From Chiloscyllium plagiosum (Eukaryota), in assembly GCF_004010195.1 (NCBI RefSeq), contig NC_057718.1, forward strand, positions 28,959,792 to 29,023,791: 64,000 nucleotides of DNA, read 5' to 3'. The notes under the pieces were generated by a model. It worked only from the letters and a program-made list of their open reading frames with translations, made no database searches and was not told the origin of the DNA. This document shows positions 1 to 11,125 of the stretch, in pieces. A program made the position numbers and the translations under genes. Every line of letters starts with the position of its first letter. Within the stretch, counting starts at the first letter, position 1.

Positions 1-50
1 CCCTCCCACGCTGTGTGTGTGTGTCCCTCCCTCGCTGTGTGTGTGTGTGT
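1..50. repeat. CCCT/(GT)n compound microsatellite
   Basis: Two units of ccctccc(a/t)cgc(tg)n are directly visible. Confidence 0.8.
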
Positions 51-54
51 CCCC

Positions 55-270
55 CCCACCCCAGTCTGACCTATCACCCTCACCTTGACCTCTTTCCACC
101 TATCACATTTCCGACGCCCCTCCCCCAAGTCCCTCCTCCCTACCTTTTATCTTAGCCTGCTGGACAAACTTTCCTCATTCCTGAAGAAGGGCTTATGCCC
201 GAAACGTCGATTCTCCTGTTCCCTGGATGCTGCCTGACCTGCTGCTCTTTTCCAGCAACACTTTTTCAGC
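55..270 (+). mobile_element. Penelope-like element 3' end (pseudo-LTR)
   Basis: Pyrimidine-rich tract followed by ctgaagaagggcttatgcccgaaacgtcga...gatgctgcctgacctgctg...ttttccagca. The same motif follows the GIY-YIG coding regions at 6.6 kb and 38.0 kb. Confidence 0.8.
177..212 (+). ncRNA. Minimal hammerhead ribozyme-like motif, family A
   Basis: attc-CTGAAGA-A-GGGC-ttat-GCCC-GAAAC-GTC-gatt: complete core, 4-bp stem II, palindromic ACGT stem III, weak stem I. Confidence 0.65.
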
Positions 271-339
271 ATTTATCATCCATCAACCTGTGATGAGATT
301 GAGGGGTCCTAATCGATTAGAAACTTAACTGCATGAGCC

Positions 340-890
340 ATATAAATACTGTGGTCAAAGAACAGGTCAGAGGCAGGAAATTCAATGGTGAATAATTTGC
401 TCCTTGACTTCCCAAGCTTTTCCAACATCTACAGGCACAACCAGGAACATGATGGAAATCATGAAATACTCTCCATTTGCCTGGATGAATGCTGCTCCAA
501 TAACAATTAAGAATTCAACATCACTTAGCACAAAGCAACAGTTTGATCACCATCCCAGTAACAAGTTAAACATTCACTCCCTCTACCTTGATCATGGCTA
601 CAATGTGTACCATATTTAAAATACACTGGAGCAACTGGGCAGGGTTTCTTCGATGCACCTTGCAAACCTCAAACCTCTATTGCCTATGTAGGGACATGGT
701 AATGTCACAGACCATCCTGACTTCAAAAGGCATTGTAATTTCTTTATCAACAAAACCTTGCAATTCCTGATCAAACAATGCACAAGAGTAGCTTTATCAT
801 ACAGCCTATGCTTTAAGAAAGTATTTCACCATATGTTCAAAGGCAAATAGGGATGGGCAGTAAATGCTGGACTTACCAGCCGCACCCACA
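340..890 (+). mobile_element. Decayed CR1/L2-group LINE 3' end
   Basis: Reads MKYSPFAWMNAAPITIK, resembling an RT C-terminus; tail gggatgggcagtaaatgctgg recurs at 42.2 and 48.8 kb. Confidence 0.65.
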
Positions 891-1639
891 GAAAAGTCAA
901 GACCTCTCACAAATGAAACTCTCTCACTCTAAGAAGCCACAAAGACATCTGGGTAATGGATTCAGTCCAAAATTCTTAGCTTCAAAATAGCAGCCTACAG
1001 TGGTATGCGTACATTTCCGAAATACAGCAGGAATGAGTCACTCTATTTGGACATGCATAATCTGACTCTACAGAGAAGTAATTCACCACTGTAATTTCAA
1101 ACCTTCAACCTTTCACAGTTGAAGCAAAGTTGGGTTTTATGTAACTCTCTCCCTTTATAAGTGAGTTTTCTTAACATCCCCCATTTATCCTTTCTTTCTA
1201 CCAGGCTAGGAGATTTAATTAACCAACTAATGTAATAAAATTTACTGACCCATTATTCTCCTTTACATTTGATCAAGCTGTAAGCTTGGCGATTTATCAT
1301 GTTGCAAGTAACATCTGTGTGTTTAACTCCATTTCTAGCCTTTATTATTGACTTATTTGCAATATCTGATTATTTATCATCTATTACAACTCTTCTCTAT
1401 CCTGCTGGCCAGCCTCTCAAAGGACTATAGGAACAGGATTAAGCATTCAGCCTCTTGAACTGTTCTGCCTTCAGTTCAACGATTGGAATGGTAGCACAGT
1501 GGTTATATAACTGGATTAGTCATCCAGAGGCCCATACTAAAGTTACGGTCAGGATTTTAATTCCAGGATCAGGTCCTTGTTGTTACATTAATTTCTGGGT
1601 CCAGACCACATTACCTCACCGAAAATCAACTTAATCACC

Positions 1640-1990
1640 ACCCTGCAAATTCCCCTCCAAGCCACTCACCACCCTAACTTGGAAATATATTATTGTTCCT
1701 TCAGTATCATTGGACCAAAATCCTGGAATTCCCTTCCTAATGGTATGGTTGGTCTTCCTACAGAACATGGACTGCAGTGGTTCAAGACAGCAGCTCACTG
1801 CCATCTCCCAAGGGTAACTGAATGCTGGCCTAACCAATGATGCCCGCACACTAAAGTGAATTTTAAAAAATCCATGAACTCTCAAGCTTTCTGGAATGAA
1901 GACAGTAGGTGCATGGGGACATGCACCACAATCTTGATTCATAAATACACCACTACTGGGTCAAAATCCTGGGAGCAAGGGTACTGTGGG
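1640..1990 (+). mobile_element. LINE/SINE 3' tail fragments (same family as 340-890)
   Basis: aagccactcacc...ttggaaatatat...caaaatcctggaattccc...ggactgcagtggttcaag matches 42100-42300 and 48630-48830. Confidence 0.65.
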
Positions 1991-2019
1991 GGCACCTATG
2001 TTACCATTTAACATTGTAA

Positions 2020-2525
2020 GTATTGTGATTAAATCATTTCTCAATTTACTGAACTCTAATGAATATGTGTCCTTGTAATTTAACCCATTAAGTTGATTCC
2101 AAGGCCAAGATATCTATCTGAAGGTTTGGGGTCCAGAACTGAATATTCCACACAGAGTCTAACAAATACAACTGTACAACTGAAGCACCATTTTCACACC
2201 TCCATTCCAACCACCTTGAGATAAAGGCTTACATTTCATTTGCCTTTTTGAAATCATACACTAGACTTAAATGCTGTGTATACTGGGACAAATCAGTGAA
2301 TTCTTTCCCTCCTCCACAGTTGCTCATTTCTTGTTACAAAGCAAATATTTGGATTTATTGCTTTCAGACCCATAGTGAATGACCTCAGAGATCCACATTT
2401 CAAACTCTATTTGTCATAGTTGTGCACATTTACTTGGTCTTTCTACATCCCTTTGTGATTTCCATTTCCCATCCACATGACTTACTGAGTCTCCCAACTT
2501 AGTGTCACCTGAAAACTTGGAAATA
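2020..2525 (-). mobile_element. Old CR1 LINE fragment
   Basis: Degenerate similarity to the minus-strand CR1 copies at 26.3-26.6 kb and 46.0-46.4 kb. Confidence 0.5.
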
Positions 2526-4677
2526 TATTTATTTTGTTTCTTGTTTAACTTATTCATTTTGCGATTTTTCCCACTTAGTTTAGATTTAATTTAGTTTAAG
2601 ATGCATTTCATTCTGACTGAAAATCAGTTGATATAATTGAATATCTAAAATTAAGGTGGGCCAGTTCACAATACTCCTCTGTAAGCTGATTTTCCATTAC
2701 ATGTGACCCATGCTACTTTGACCTGTTCTTGTCCAGTGATGATCATAAAGTAAGGTTGACTGAAATTTGCTTTTCAAAAGACAGGCTTTTTTGTTATACA
2801 ACATTCCCAGCAGTTAACCTTGGAACTGTGCTATACTTGCTATCAAATTTCTGTCTCTGTTTCAGATTATATCAAGAGTAGGTGACATGCTACTTTACTC
2901 AATCTAATGGCACTTACAGTACAATCTTTAAGATGTTTGCAAGCATAAAAGAGTTTTAATCTGACCGACCTTTTGCTAACAGCAACTAGTGTCAACATTG
3001 ACCGTCATGCAAGATTCAGGGTTAACTATTTGTAATTTGCTCTCAAATTAATTCAATTTCAGTTTAAAACCTTGCAATAGTACATTTTACTGCTCTAGTA
3101 GCATTTTCCATTCCCCAAAAGAGAAAAAAAATCTTGTGGTTTGTCTACACTGCCAAGCTGGGGAAGTAGAAAGAGAGGACTGCAGATGCTGGAGATCAGA
3201 GTCAAAAAGTATACAATGAACCTAAACCTGGTACTACCTATTTTGTGATTTCTTATATTCGTTTCATGCAGTAACTACATAACCAAATGCAAAACTACAG
3301 GAAAATTTAATCATATCAGTCAGGAATGGGTTTAAACCAATGCCTCATGTGTAAGAGGGTAATCTACCACTCCAGTCAAACAACAGAAAGCCTGACTGAT
3401 CTATTAAACCCCTGTCATTGCTTTTTGGATCAATAGACTGTTAGCTCAATTGGCAGACTGGGTTATATCAAATTAAATTTTATTTGCTCAATCTAGATAG
3501 AATTTTTTTGATTACTCCAGGGTAGAGGTTCTGCTTTGGATGTAATCTACAAATATGTTTAAAATTGTAGCTAATAGTCCTATCTTTGTTTATACTAACT
3601 ATTCCAAAATGCTATGGTAACTACAGCTAAGCTTCAAGTTGCTGGTGTGTTGTTGAAAGAAAAAGTTGCAGAAACATTCAAAGTTCAAACATTCAGTTCA
3701 GGCAACACAGGTAAAATTGATATCATTACATGGTTTAAATTCTTGCCCTGTCTTTCCCTCTTCCCTCTTGCTTGCAACTATCACAATGGCCTCTCAGTTT
3801 AGAGTCAGTTAAACCTCAAACCATTCAAGCATAGTCAAATCTGAACAGGGGCCAAGGGTGGGAGTTGAACTTTGGAAGCACAGGAATGCAGTATTCTAGC
3901 CAACTCAGCCCCCCCCCCCCACCCAGACTACAAATAATGGTACGTCATACCCAATAAACAAACAATGGTTGGAACATGAGAAACAGTGGGGTCTTTTGAG
4001 AAACGCAGGATCTTACGTTAGAAGCCTACTGAACTGAACAAAGCATTTTCAAAACCATATATGAAAGGAAGTCACTGACATTCTTTGAAATTAGTGATTT
4101 GAGAGTTTTGTAGCACTCCACGCAAGTTAACCAGTTATCTACCTTTCTGCTCGGATTGTAGGACACCAGACAAGGAAATTTAAAAAAAACTAAGGACATG
4201 AATGGAAGTGCTGAAAATACCCGCGCAGGTCAATTAGAGTCCAAAAGAAAATAACAGGTTAAACATTTTAGAGAATGCTTCCAGATTAACTGAAAGACAG
4301 CAACAGGAGTCAACTGGGTATATCTCCTTTGCAGTTCTGAAGGGATACAGTTGGGTGGATAGTCAATGCAAACAACAATTGCTCGTTTCTTTATATTCTC
4401 AAATCAACCCCAGTGGTGTGTTTAAATTAGTTTGTCTTTCTCCCAATACGTAAAAAAACACAGTTCCAGGGAAACAATAGGAGCCTGAACATGGCTTATA
4501 ACTGCACCTCGATCTTACACTTGGCTGCAAAGCTTCCCTCATATTTTAAATGCAAATCAGCTTTTAACTATTCATCAGGTCCTTGGGCTTTCATTTTACT
4601 AGATTAACAGCAAGTTGCTGTTGTTTGGAATGAGAGTTTTATTTTTCAAACCTGTCTTTTTTTTTTGCTTCTTTTCC

Positions 4678-5265
4678 AGCTGACAAATGCATTTTCTATT
4701 GAGTCATTTTCCTTCTGATTCCATGGTTCAATTGGATAAACAATAGTGCTCCTTACTAAGAGGGCCTGTAGATGGTTGCTCTCCCAAAGCCTCCTGCCAG
4801 AAGCGCTGAGCCTCTTCTGTTTGATTTTATCAATCCAAACCTGTGTAGCATCTGTATATGGCTAACTGGACAATAAAGGGCTCCCAAATAGAGCAAGGCA
4901 TTTTGTGACAATTACACTGGAATGTATTCTTTTTATTTTTATACTAATTCCAGAGAGTTTGAGAATAAAATCAGATAGTTGTACAGCAGCAATTTGAGTT
5001 ATTATTCAGATATGACACGCCTTACATGTAGTGGTCATTAGCTCCATTAGACATGATCCAGATTGAGAATGAAACAAGGACGGAAACTATGTTTAGGCCG
5101 TGTTAGAATAGCGACAGGCAGCCTGGGTGTTACAACAGCACTAAAACTAATTACTTTGAAATAGAATCAATGCTTACCATCCTCAAAGAGATGGCCAATA
5201 TACTACTTGTCCTGAAATAAGAACAGTAAGAGACACTCAGCAGGTCTGGCAACATCTGTGAAGTA
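4678..5265 (-). repeat. Left arm of long inverted duplication (partner 8886-9700)
   Basis: Reverse complement aligns by eye over about 580 bp; for example 5161-5240 is nearly identical to the reverse complement of 8911-8990. Confidence 0.92.
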
Positions 5266-6248
5266 TGTTTTCCACAGAATCTGGTAAACTTCTGAATTTG
5301 TTCAGATCTTGGATTTCCAACATCCCAGTACTTTGCCTTTATATTGCTTGTCCTGCATGATAGATGCTTGTGCTAAGGATTTCTTTCTGATGTTGCATTA
5401 AGATCAGGGATACTTTTTGTACAGAGAAGATACACTGAGGCAAGCAGGAACAGAGCAGGGGATCTTGGCAAATTCCTAGAATGCTAAAAATTGTGACTCT
5501 AAGCAGTAGTAGAAACAAGGTCAAATTTCATGGACGTAAGTTCTGAGATAGGAATAACATACTAATTCCCAAATGACGATTCAAGCTAACTATGGGTGGC
5601 AGAGAGAAAAGAAAAAGAGGGATTGTTTCAGCAACTCAAGTTTGATGAGAGGGTCCAAGGTCGAATCTTCACAATAAGTACTGAGACAATGCTTTGTATG
5701 TATAATTCATTATAAAAAATGCTTTGCAAGTAATTATAAAATTGAATTACAAAGGCAGCAGTAGCTTCCAATAAATACATTCCCCAAGCCACATTACAAA
5801 ATGTGGTTGGAAAATTATCTTTTTATTATATTTTACCCACAGACTGATTATTCAAATTCAATACTCATGATTTCAGGAAAATACATTAGATCAAATGCAA
5901 ATCCAATTTCCCTGCCAATGTCAGGCCATCATATCAAAATCAAAAGCAGAAGTTGCTGGAAAAGCTCAGCAGGTCTGAGAGCATCTGTGAAAAGAAATCA
6001 GAGGTAATGTTTCAGGTCTAGTGATCCTTCCTCAGAACTGGTGTAGCTAGGAAAATGTCGGTTTATGTGCAGAAGATAGGGTGGGGGAGGGGTAAGGAGT
6101 AAACAATAGGGTGGACAGAACCCAAAGAGAGAGAAGGACAGACAAAGGAGTGGATAACGACCTGACTGCGAGGGCGAATAGCTGTTGATGAGGACTGTTA
6201 GTGGCTGGCAATAGGCAGTATTTAATGGTAGAGTGTGTGATAACGAGG

Positions 6249-6341
6249 GGCTAGATTATAGTGGTGCTGGAAAAGCACAGGAGTTCAGGCAGCATCTGAG
6301 GAGCAGGAAAAATCGACGTTTCGGGCAAAAGCCCTTCATCA
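6249..6341 (-). mobile_element. Short PLE-derived insertion with hammerhead core
   Basis: Flanked by gataac(g/a)agg at 6239-6248 and 6342-6351; reverse complement of 6311-6342 is CTGATGAAGGGCttttGCCCGAAACGTCgatt. Confidence 0.8.
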
Positions 6342-6542
6342 GATAACAAGGTCTGGTGTGTGGGGTTGGGGGTTAGGACATGGGGGAGTTCAGGCCCTAA
6401 AATTACTGAACTCGATATTGAATTCAGAGGGCTGCAGGATCCCCAAATGGAAAATGAGTATTATTCTTCCAGCTTTGCCAGAGTACTGCAGCAAGCCTGA
6501 GGCAGACATATTGGCCAGGGAACACATGGTGTGTTAAAGTGG

Positions 6543-7504
6543 GAAAGTCTAGATTAGAGTGGTGCTGGAAAAGCACAGCAGGTCAGGCAGCATCCCAGGA
6601 GCAAGAAAATTGATGTTTCGGGCAAAAGCCCTTAATCAGGAATNNNNNNNNNNNNNNNNNNNNNNNNNNNNNNNNGGGGTGAGGTGGGGGAAGGGGAAAT
6701 GAGGAAACTGGTGAAATCCACATTGATGCCATGGGGTTGCAGTGCTCCGAGGTGGAAGATGAGGCGTTCTTCCTCCAGGCGTCGGGTGGTGAGGGAGCAG
6801 CGGTGGAGGAGGCCCAGGACCTGCATGTCCTCGGCAGAGTGGGATGGGGAGTTGGAAGTGTTGGGTGGTAGGGTTGATTGGTGCGGTGTCCTGGAGATGT
6901 TCCCTAAAGCGCTCTGCTCCAAGGTGTCCAGTCTCCCCAATGTAGAGGAGACCGCATCGGGAGCAACGGATACAATAAATGATATTGGTGGATGTGCAGG
7001 TAAAACTTTGATGGATGTGGAAGGCTCCTTTGGGGCCTTGGATGGAGGTGAGGGAGGAGGTGTGAGCGCAGGTTTTGCAATTCCTGCGGTGGCAGGGGAA
7101 GGTGCCAGGAGAGGGTGGGTTGTTGGGGGGCGTGGACCTGACCAGGTAGTCACGGAGGGAACGGTCTTTGCGGAAAGCGGAAATGGGTGGGGAGGGATAT
7201 ATATCCCTGGTGGCGTGGTCCGTTTGGTTTCCCAATTCCTCCGCCTCCGCTGTATCTGCTTCCAGGAGGACCAGTTCCACCATAGAACACACCAGATGGC
7301 CTCCTTCTTTAGAACCCGCAATTTCCCTTCCCACGTGGTTAAAGATGCCCTCCAACGCATCTTGTCCACACCCCGCACATCCGCCCTCAGACCCCACCCC
7401 TCCAACTGTAACAAGGACAGAACCCCCCTGGTGCTCACCTTCCGCCCTACCAACCTTCGCATAAACCACATCATCCAACGACATTTTCGCCACCTCCAAA
7501 CGGA
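6543..7504 (-). mobile_element. Penelope-like retroelement fragment (GIY-YIG endonuclease plus inverted RT C-terminal segment)
   Basis: Minus strand: FTCTSTNIIYCIRCSRCGLLYIGET...RFREHL. Plus strand 7227-7504: SQFLRLRCICFQEDQF...HFRHLQTD. Pseudo-LTR at 6547-6643. Confidence 0.9.
6644..6675. other. Assembly gap
   Basis: Run of N. Confidence 1.
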
Positions 7505-7730
7505 TATTAACACATCACCCTGTTCCCTGGCCAACATCTGTGTCTCAAGCTTGCTGCAGTGCTCCAGAGAAGCTCAGCGCAAGCTGGAAGAACATCTCAT
7601 TTTCTGCTTGAGGACCCAGCAGCCCTTCAGATTCAATATCGAATTCAATAATTTTAGGGCCTGAACTCTCCCATGTCCTAGCCCCTTAACACACCAGGCC
7701 TTGTTATCACATAGTCTGCCATTACATACT

Positions 7731-8201
7731 TGAGAGTGTGTTGCTGGAAAAGCACAGCAGGTCAGGCAGCATCCAAGGAGCAGGAAAATCAACGTTTCGG
7801 GCCGGAGCCCTTCATCAGGAATGACTGTCATTCCTGATGAAGGGCTCCAGCCCGAAGCGTTGATTTTCCTGCTCCTCAGATGCTGCCTGACCTGCTGTGC
7901 TTTTCCAGCAACACACTCTGAAGTCTGGTCTCCCGCATCTGCAGACCTCACTGTCTCCTAGTTGATTTCAACCTTACTGCGAAGCCTCTTCCAAGGATGC
8001 CTACCTTGAAGAAGTTCTCCGCCTCTCTCTACAAAAATCTCAGTGAGTCACTCTCTCACTGTACTCCCCAAGTTCTCTCCTCATTCCTGGTTAAGGGCTC
8101 CGGCCCAAACTATCGATTTTCCTGCTCCTCGGATGCTTCCTGACCTGCTGTGCTTTTCCAGCAATATACTCTCAACTTTGATCTGCAGACCTCACTGTCT
8201 C
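7731..8201 (+). mobile_element. Palindromic plus tandem PLE-derived insertion
   Basis: Perfect 15-bp TSD ctgccattacatact (7716-7730, 8202-8216); ~90-bp inverted arms centred at 7826; second direct pseudo-LTR copy at ~8080-8200. Confidence 0.9.
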
Positions 8202-8604
8202 CTGCCATTACATACTACATTTTGTTAGCCTCTAACAGTCTCCATTAACAGCTATTCACCCTTCTAACCAGATCATGATCCAATCCTTTGTCTGTCCAAC
8301 TGTTCTCTCTCTTTGGGCTCTATCCCTACCTATCGTTTACTCCTTACCCCTTCCTCTGCACATCTTCTGCATATAAATTGACATTTTCCTAGCTACATCA
8401 GTTCTGATGAAGGGTCATCACATCTTAAACGTTATCATTACTTTCTCTTCACAGGTGCTGCCAGACTTGCTGAGCTTTTCCAGCAACTTCTGATTTACAG
8501 CGTCCACAGTTCTTTCAGTTTTCATCATATCAGAATGTTCTAAAATATCACACTGTGCTGTATTCAGTTAGCTCAGGCATTGTTACAGTTGGTATACTAT
8601 AAAC

Positions 8605-8717
8605 CATGATGTGGAGATACTGGTGTTAGACTGGTGATGAAGGAGCAGTGCTCCAAAACCTTGTTATTTTAAACAAACATGTTGGACTACAACCTGGAAT
8701 TGTGTGTCTTCTGACTT
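8605..8717 (+). mobile_element. Short family-B PLE-derived element
   Basis: tgatgaaggagcagtgctccaaaac...gttggactacaacctgg matches 27843-27950; tatacta appears on both sides. Confidence 0.6.
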
Positions 8718-8885
8718 TATACTAAAATCAACCAAGTTCACTTTCTCTCACCCAATTTTAGAAGTCCAGTATTAAACATTGTCTTCATTATAAGCTCGCC
8801 AACTCTCACAGCTCCCTTGATTACACTTACTCAATTTCCTGCCCTTCTGTTATCACCCCTTCCCTTCCCTTTGAAAGTTCCCTAT

Positions 8886-9700
8886 TTCTTCACAGATGCT
8901 GCCAGGCCTGTTGAGTGTCTCTTACTGTTCTTATTTCAGGACAAGAAGTATATTGGCCATCTCTTTGAGGATGGTAAGCATTGATTCTATTTCAAAGTAA
9001 TTAGTTTTAATGCTGTTGTAACACCCAGGCTACCTGTCACTATTCTAACACGGCCTAAACATAGTTCCCGTCCTTGTTTCATTCTCAATCTGGGTCATGT
9101 CTAATGGAGCTAATGACCACTACATGTTAGGCGTGAGTAGTCACTCAGATTGCTGCTGTATAACTACCTGATTTTATTTTCAAACTCTCTGGAATAAGTA
9201 TAAAAATAAAGAACAGAATACATTCAAGTAAAAGTGTTACAAAATAAAAACAAACGGCTGATGCTGGAAATCAGAAACAAAAAGATAAATTGCCGGGAAA
9301 ACTCAGGTCTGGCGGCATCGATGGACAGAAATCAGAGTTAACATCTTGGCCCCAAAATGTGAACTCTGATTCTTCTCCACAGATGCTGACAGACCTGCTG
9401 AGCTTACCCAGCAATTCCTGTTTTTGTTCATATTTGTTACAAAATGCCCTTGCTCTATTTGGGAGCTATTTATTGTCAAGTTAGCCAAATACAGATGCCA
9501 CACAGATTAGGGCTTGAAAAATCAAAAGGAAATGACTCATCTTGGTGGTTTTTCACAGCTTCTGGTAGGAGGCTTTAGGAACGTCTTGGGAGAGCAACCA
9601 TCTACAAAGTCCTCTCACTAAGTAACACTATTGTTTTTCCAGTTAAACCACAGTTGGGAATGAGAAAGAAAATGACATATTAGAAAATGCATGTGTCAGT
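8886..9700 (+). repeat. Right arm of long inverted duplication, interrupted by an insertion at 9246-9434
   Basis: Reverse complement of 4678-5265. Confidence 0.92.
9246..9434. mobile_element. Palindromic PLE-derived mini-element
   Basis: 11-bp TSD tgttacaaaat (9235-9245, 9435-9445); the left arm has the single empty site (attttgtgaca, 4900-4910). Confidence 0.9.
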
Positions 9701-9831
9701 GGGTCAGTGCATTTGTTCATCTTGTTCCCTTTCACAGAACCTATGTAATTGCAGGATATGTAATATCTGAACTTTTACCACCTCTTTCCTCAACATCCAA
9801 TGCTTCAAACTTTTGTTAATTTTAAAAATAT

Positions 9832-10500
9832 ATTTTATTCATAAAATATCTCTATATACATACATAGTCACAAAAGCAGCAGCTCGGTTCTGTACAGTAG
9901 CATATGAAGAAACAAACAAACATCAGAGCTGAAAGAACTGCGGATGCTGTAAATCAGAAACAAAAACAGAAATTGCTGGAAAAACTCAGCAGGTCTGGCA
10001 GTATCTGGGTACAGAAATCAGAGTTAACACTTTGGATCCAGTGACCTTTCTTCAAAACTTCAGAAGGGTCACTAGACCAAAACGTCAACCCTGATATTTC
10101 TCCACAGATATTGTCAGACCTGTTGAGCTCTTCCAGTAATTTCTGTTTTTGAAACAAACTTTGGAATTTGACTCTACCCAATAAACAAACCAAAGGCACC
10201 TCTTATTTGTACAAGATTATATATGAGGCATTGGGAGGGTCCAATATCTGAACAGACCTCCATTTAACTTTGGCAGAAAGAGCTTGGACAGTGGTCTTTC
10301 CCCACTGTACCATGGCAGCAGCTGCCCAAGTTTTAGTGTGTCCCTCACCACATAGTCCTGGACCCTGGAATGTGTCAGTCTGCAGCATTTCGTCACTCCA
10401 GACACTTCTCCGAGATGAAGCAGTAACATACTTGTTCTTTTTTCAAATTAGCAAATTGTATTTTCTGCTCAAAAAGCAGTCTCCAGTACAAACTTGGTGA
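9832..10500 (-). mobile_element. Tx1/L1-clade LINE 3' end, interrupted at ~9925-10150
   Basis: Frameshifted CCRLTHSRVQDYVVRDTLKLG / AAAAMVQWGKTTV; minus-strand AATAAA near 9835. Family assignment is from recall of similar C-termini. Confidence 0.6.
9925..10150. mobile_element. Palindromic PLE-derived mini-element, family C
   Basis: Inverted arms (aaattgctggaaaaactcagcaggtctggca / tgtcagacctgttgagctcttccagtaattt) around a gggtc-acta-gacc core. Confidence 0.8.
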
Positions 10501-10589
10501 CTGATTTGTACAGCATCTCAATTCCATCTGCCAACATGATCATAACCATGCAGTTGCTTACCATTTCAATTCAAACCCTTGCTGTCATA

Positions 10590-11125
10590 CTTACATTTCT
10601 GTCCTTGCCCTGCTGCAGTGCTCAAGTGAAGCTCATTGTAAAGCTTGAGAAACATCACTCCAATTAGGCATATGGCAGCCTTCCAGACTCAACACTGAGA
10701 TTAACAATTTCAATTTGTCCCCTCCTTAGATTTTTTTTGCCACAAGTGTGGCTTAATGTTTTTCATGTTTCTGATTTCAGTCTGAGCTGTTCATTGCTCA
10801 GTCATTCACGCTCACATTGGGAATAGATTTTTTTCTTCACTACAACCATTACCATTCCCTTTGTCTTTTGTTCCATGACATTTTTACAATTTTATCTCTT
10901 CTGCTATCTTCTCTGTCCCAGACCTGTTCTTTTAATCTTTTTTCTCCACCTTCAACAGCATAAAATGAATCACATTTCTATTTTCCTCCAGTTCTAAAGA
11001 AGTCAGAATCAACTCAAAACTGTAAATCTGTTTCTCTCTCTACAGATGCTGCTAGAGCTCCTGAGCATTTTCAGCGCTTTCTGTTTTAATACAGATTTCC
11101 AACATCTGCAATATTTGCTTTTATT
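10590..11125 (+). mobile_element. Old PLE 3' fragment
   Basis: Degenerate LLQCSSEAHCK...NTEINNF coding remnant, pyrimidine-rich UTR and cagatgctgc...ctgagcattttcagc tail. Confidence 0.65.

Larger units (their letters stand above)
5935..8520. mobile_element. Older palindromic PLE-derived element (arms ~5935-6540 and ~7505-8520) with three nested insertions
   Basis: Arms are reverse complements over ~500 bp; the right arm encodes LLQCSREAQRKLEEHLIFCLRTQQPFRFNIEFNNF (GIY-YIG C-terminus). Confidence 0.85.

Noticed and set aside
6684..7664. 326-aa plus-strand ORF as a gene
   Set aside because: It is a chimera of antisense GIY-YIG sequence, the inverted RT segment and an older element's tail; GC-rich PLE DNA is open in several frames here.
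5940..8200. CRISPR-like array of recurring gctggaaaagc repeats
   Set aside because: Spacing is irregular, orientations are mixed and the context is eukaryotic; they are PLE pseudo-LTR copies.
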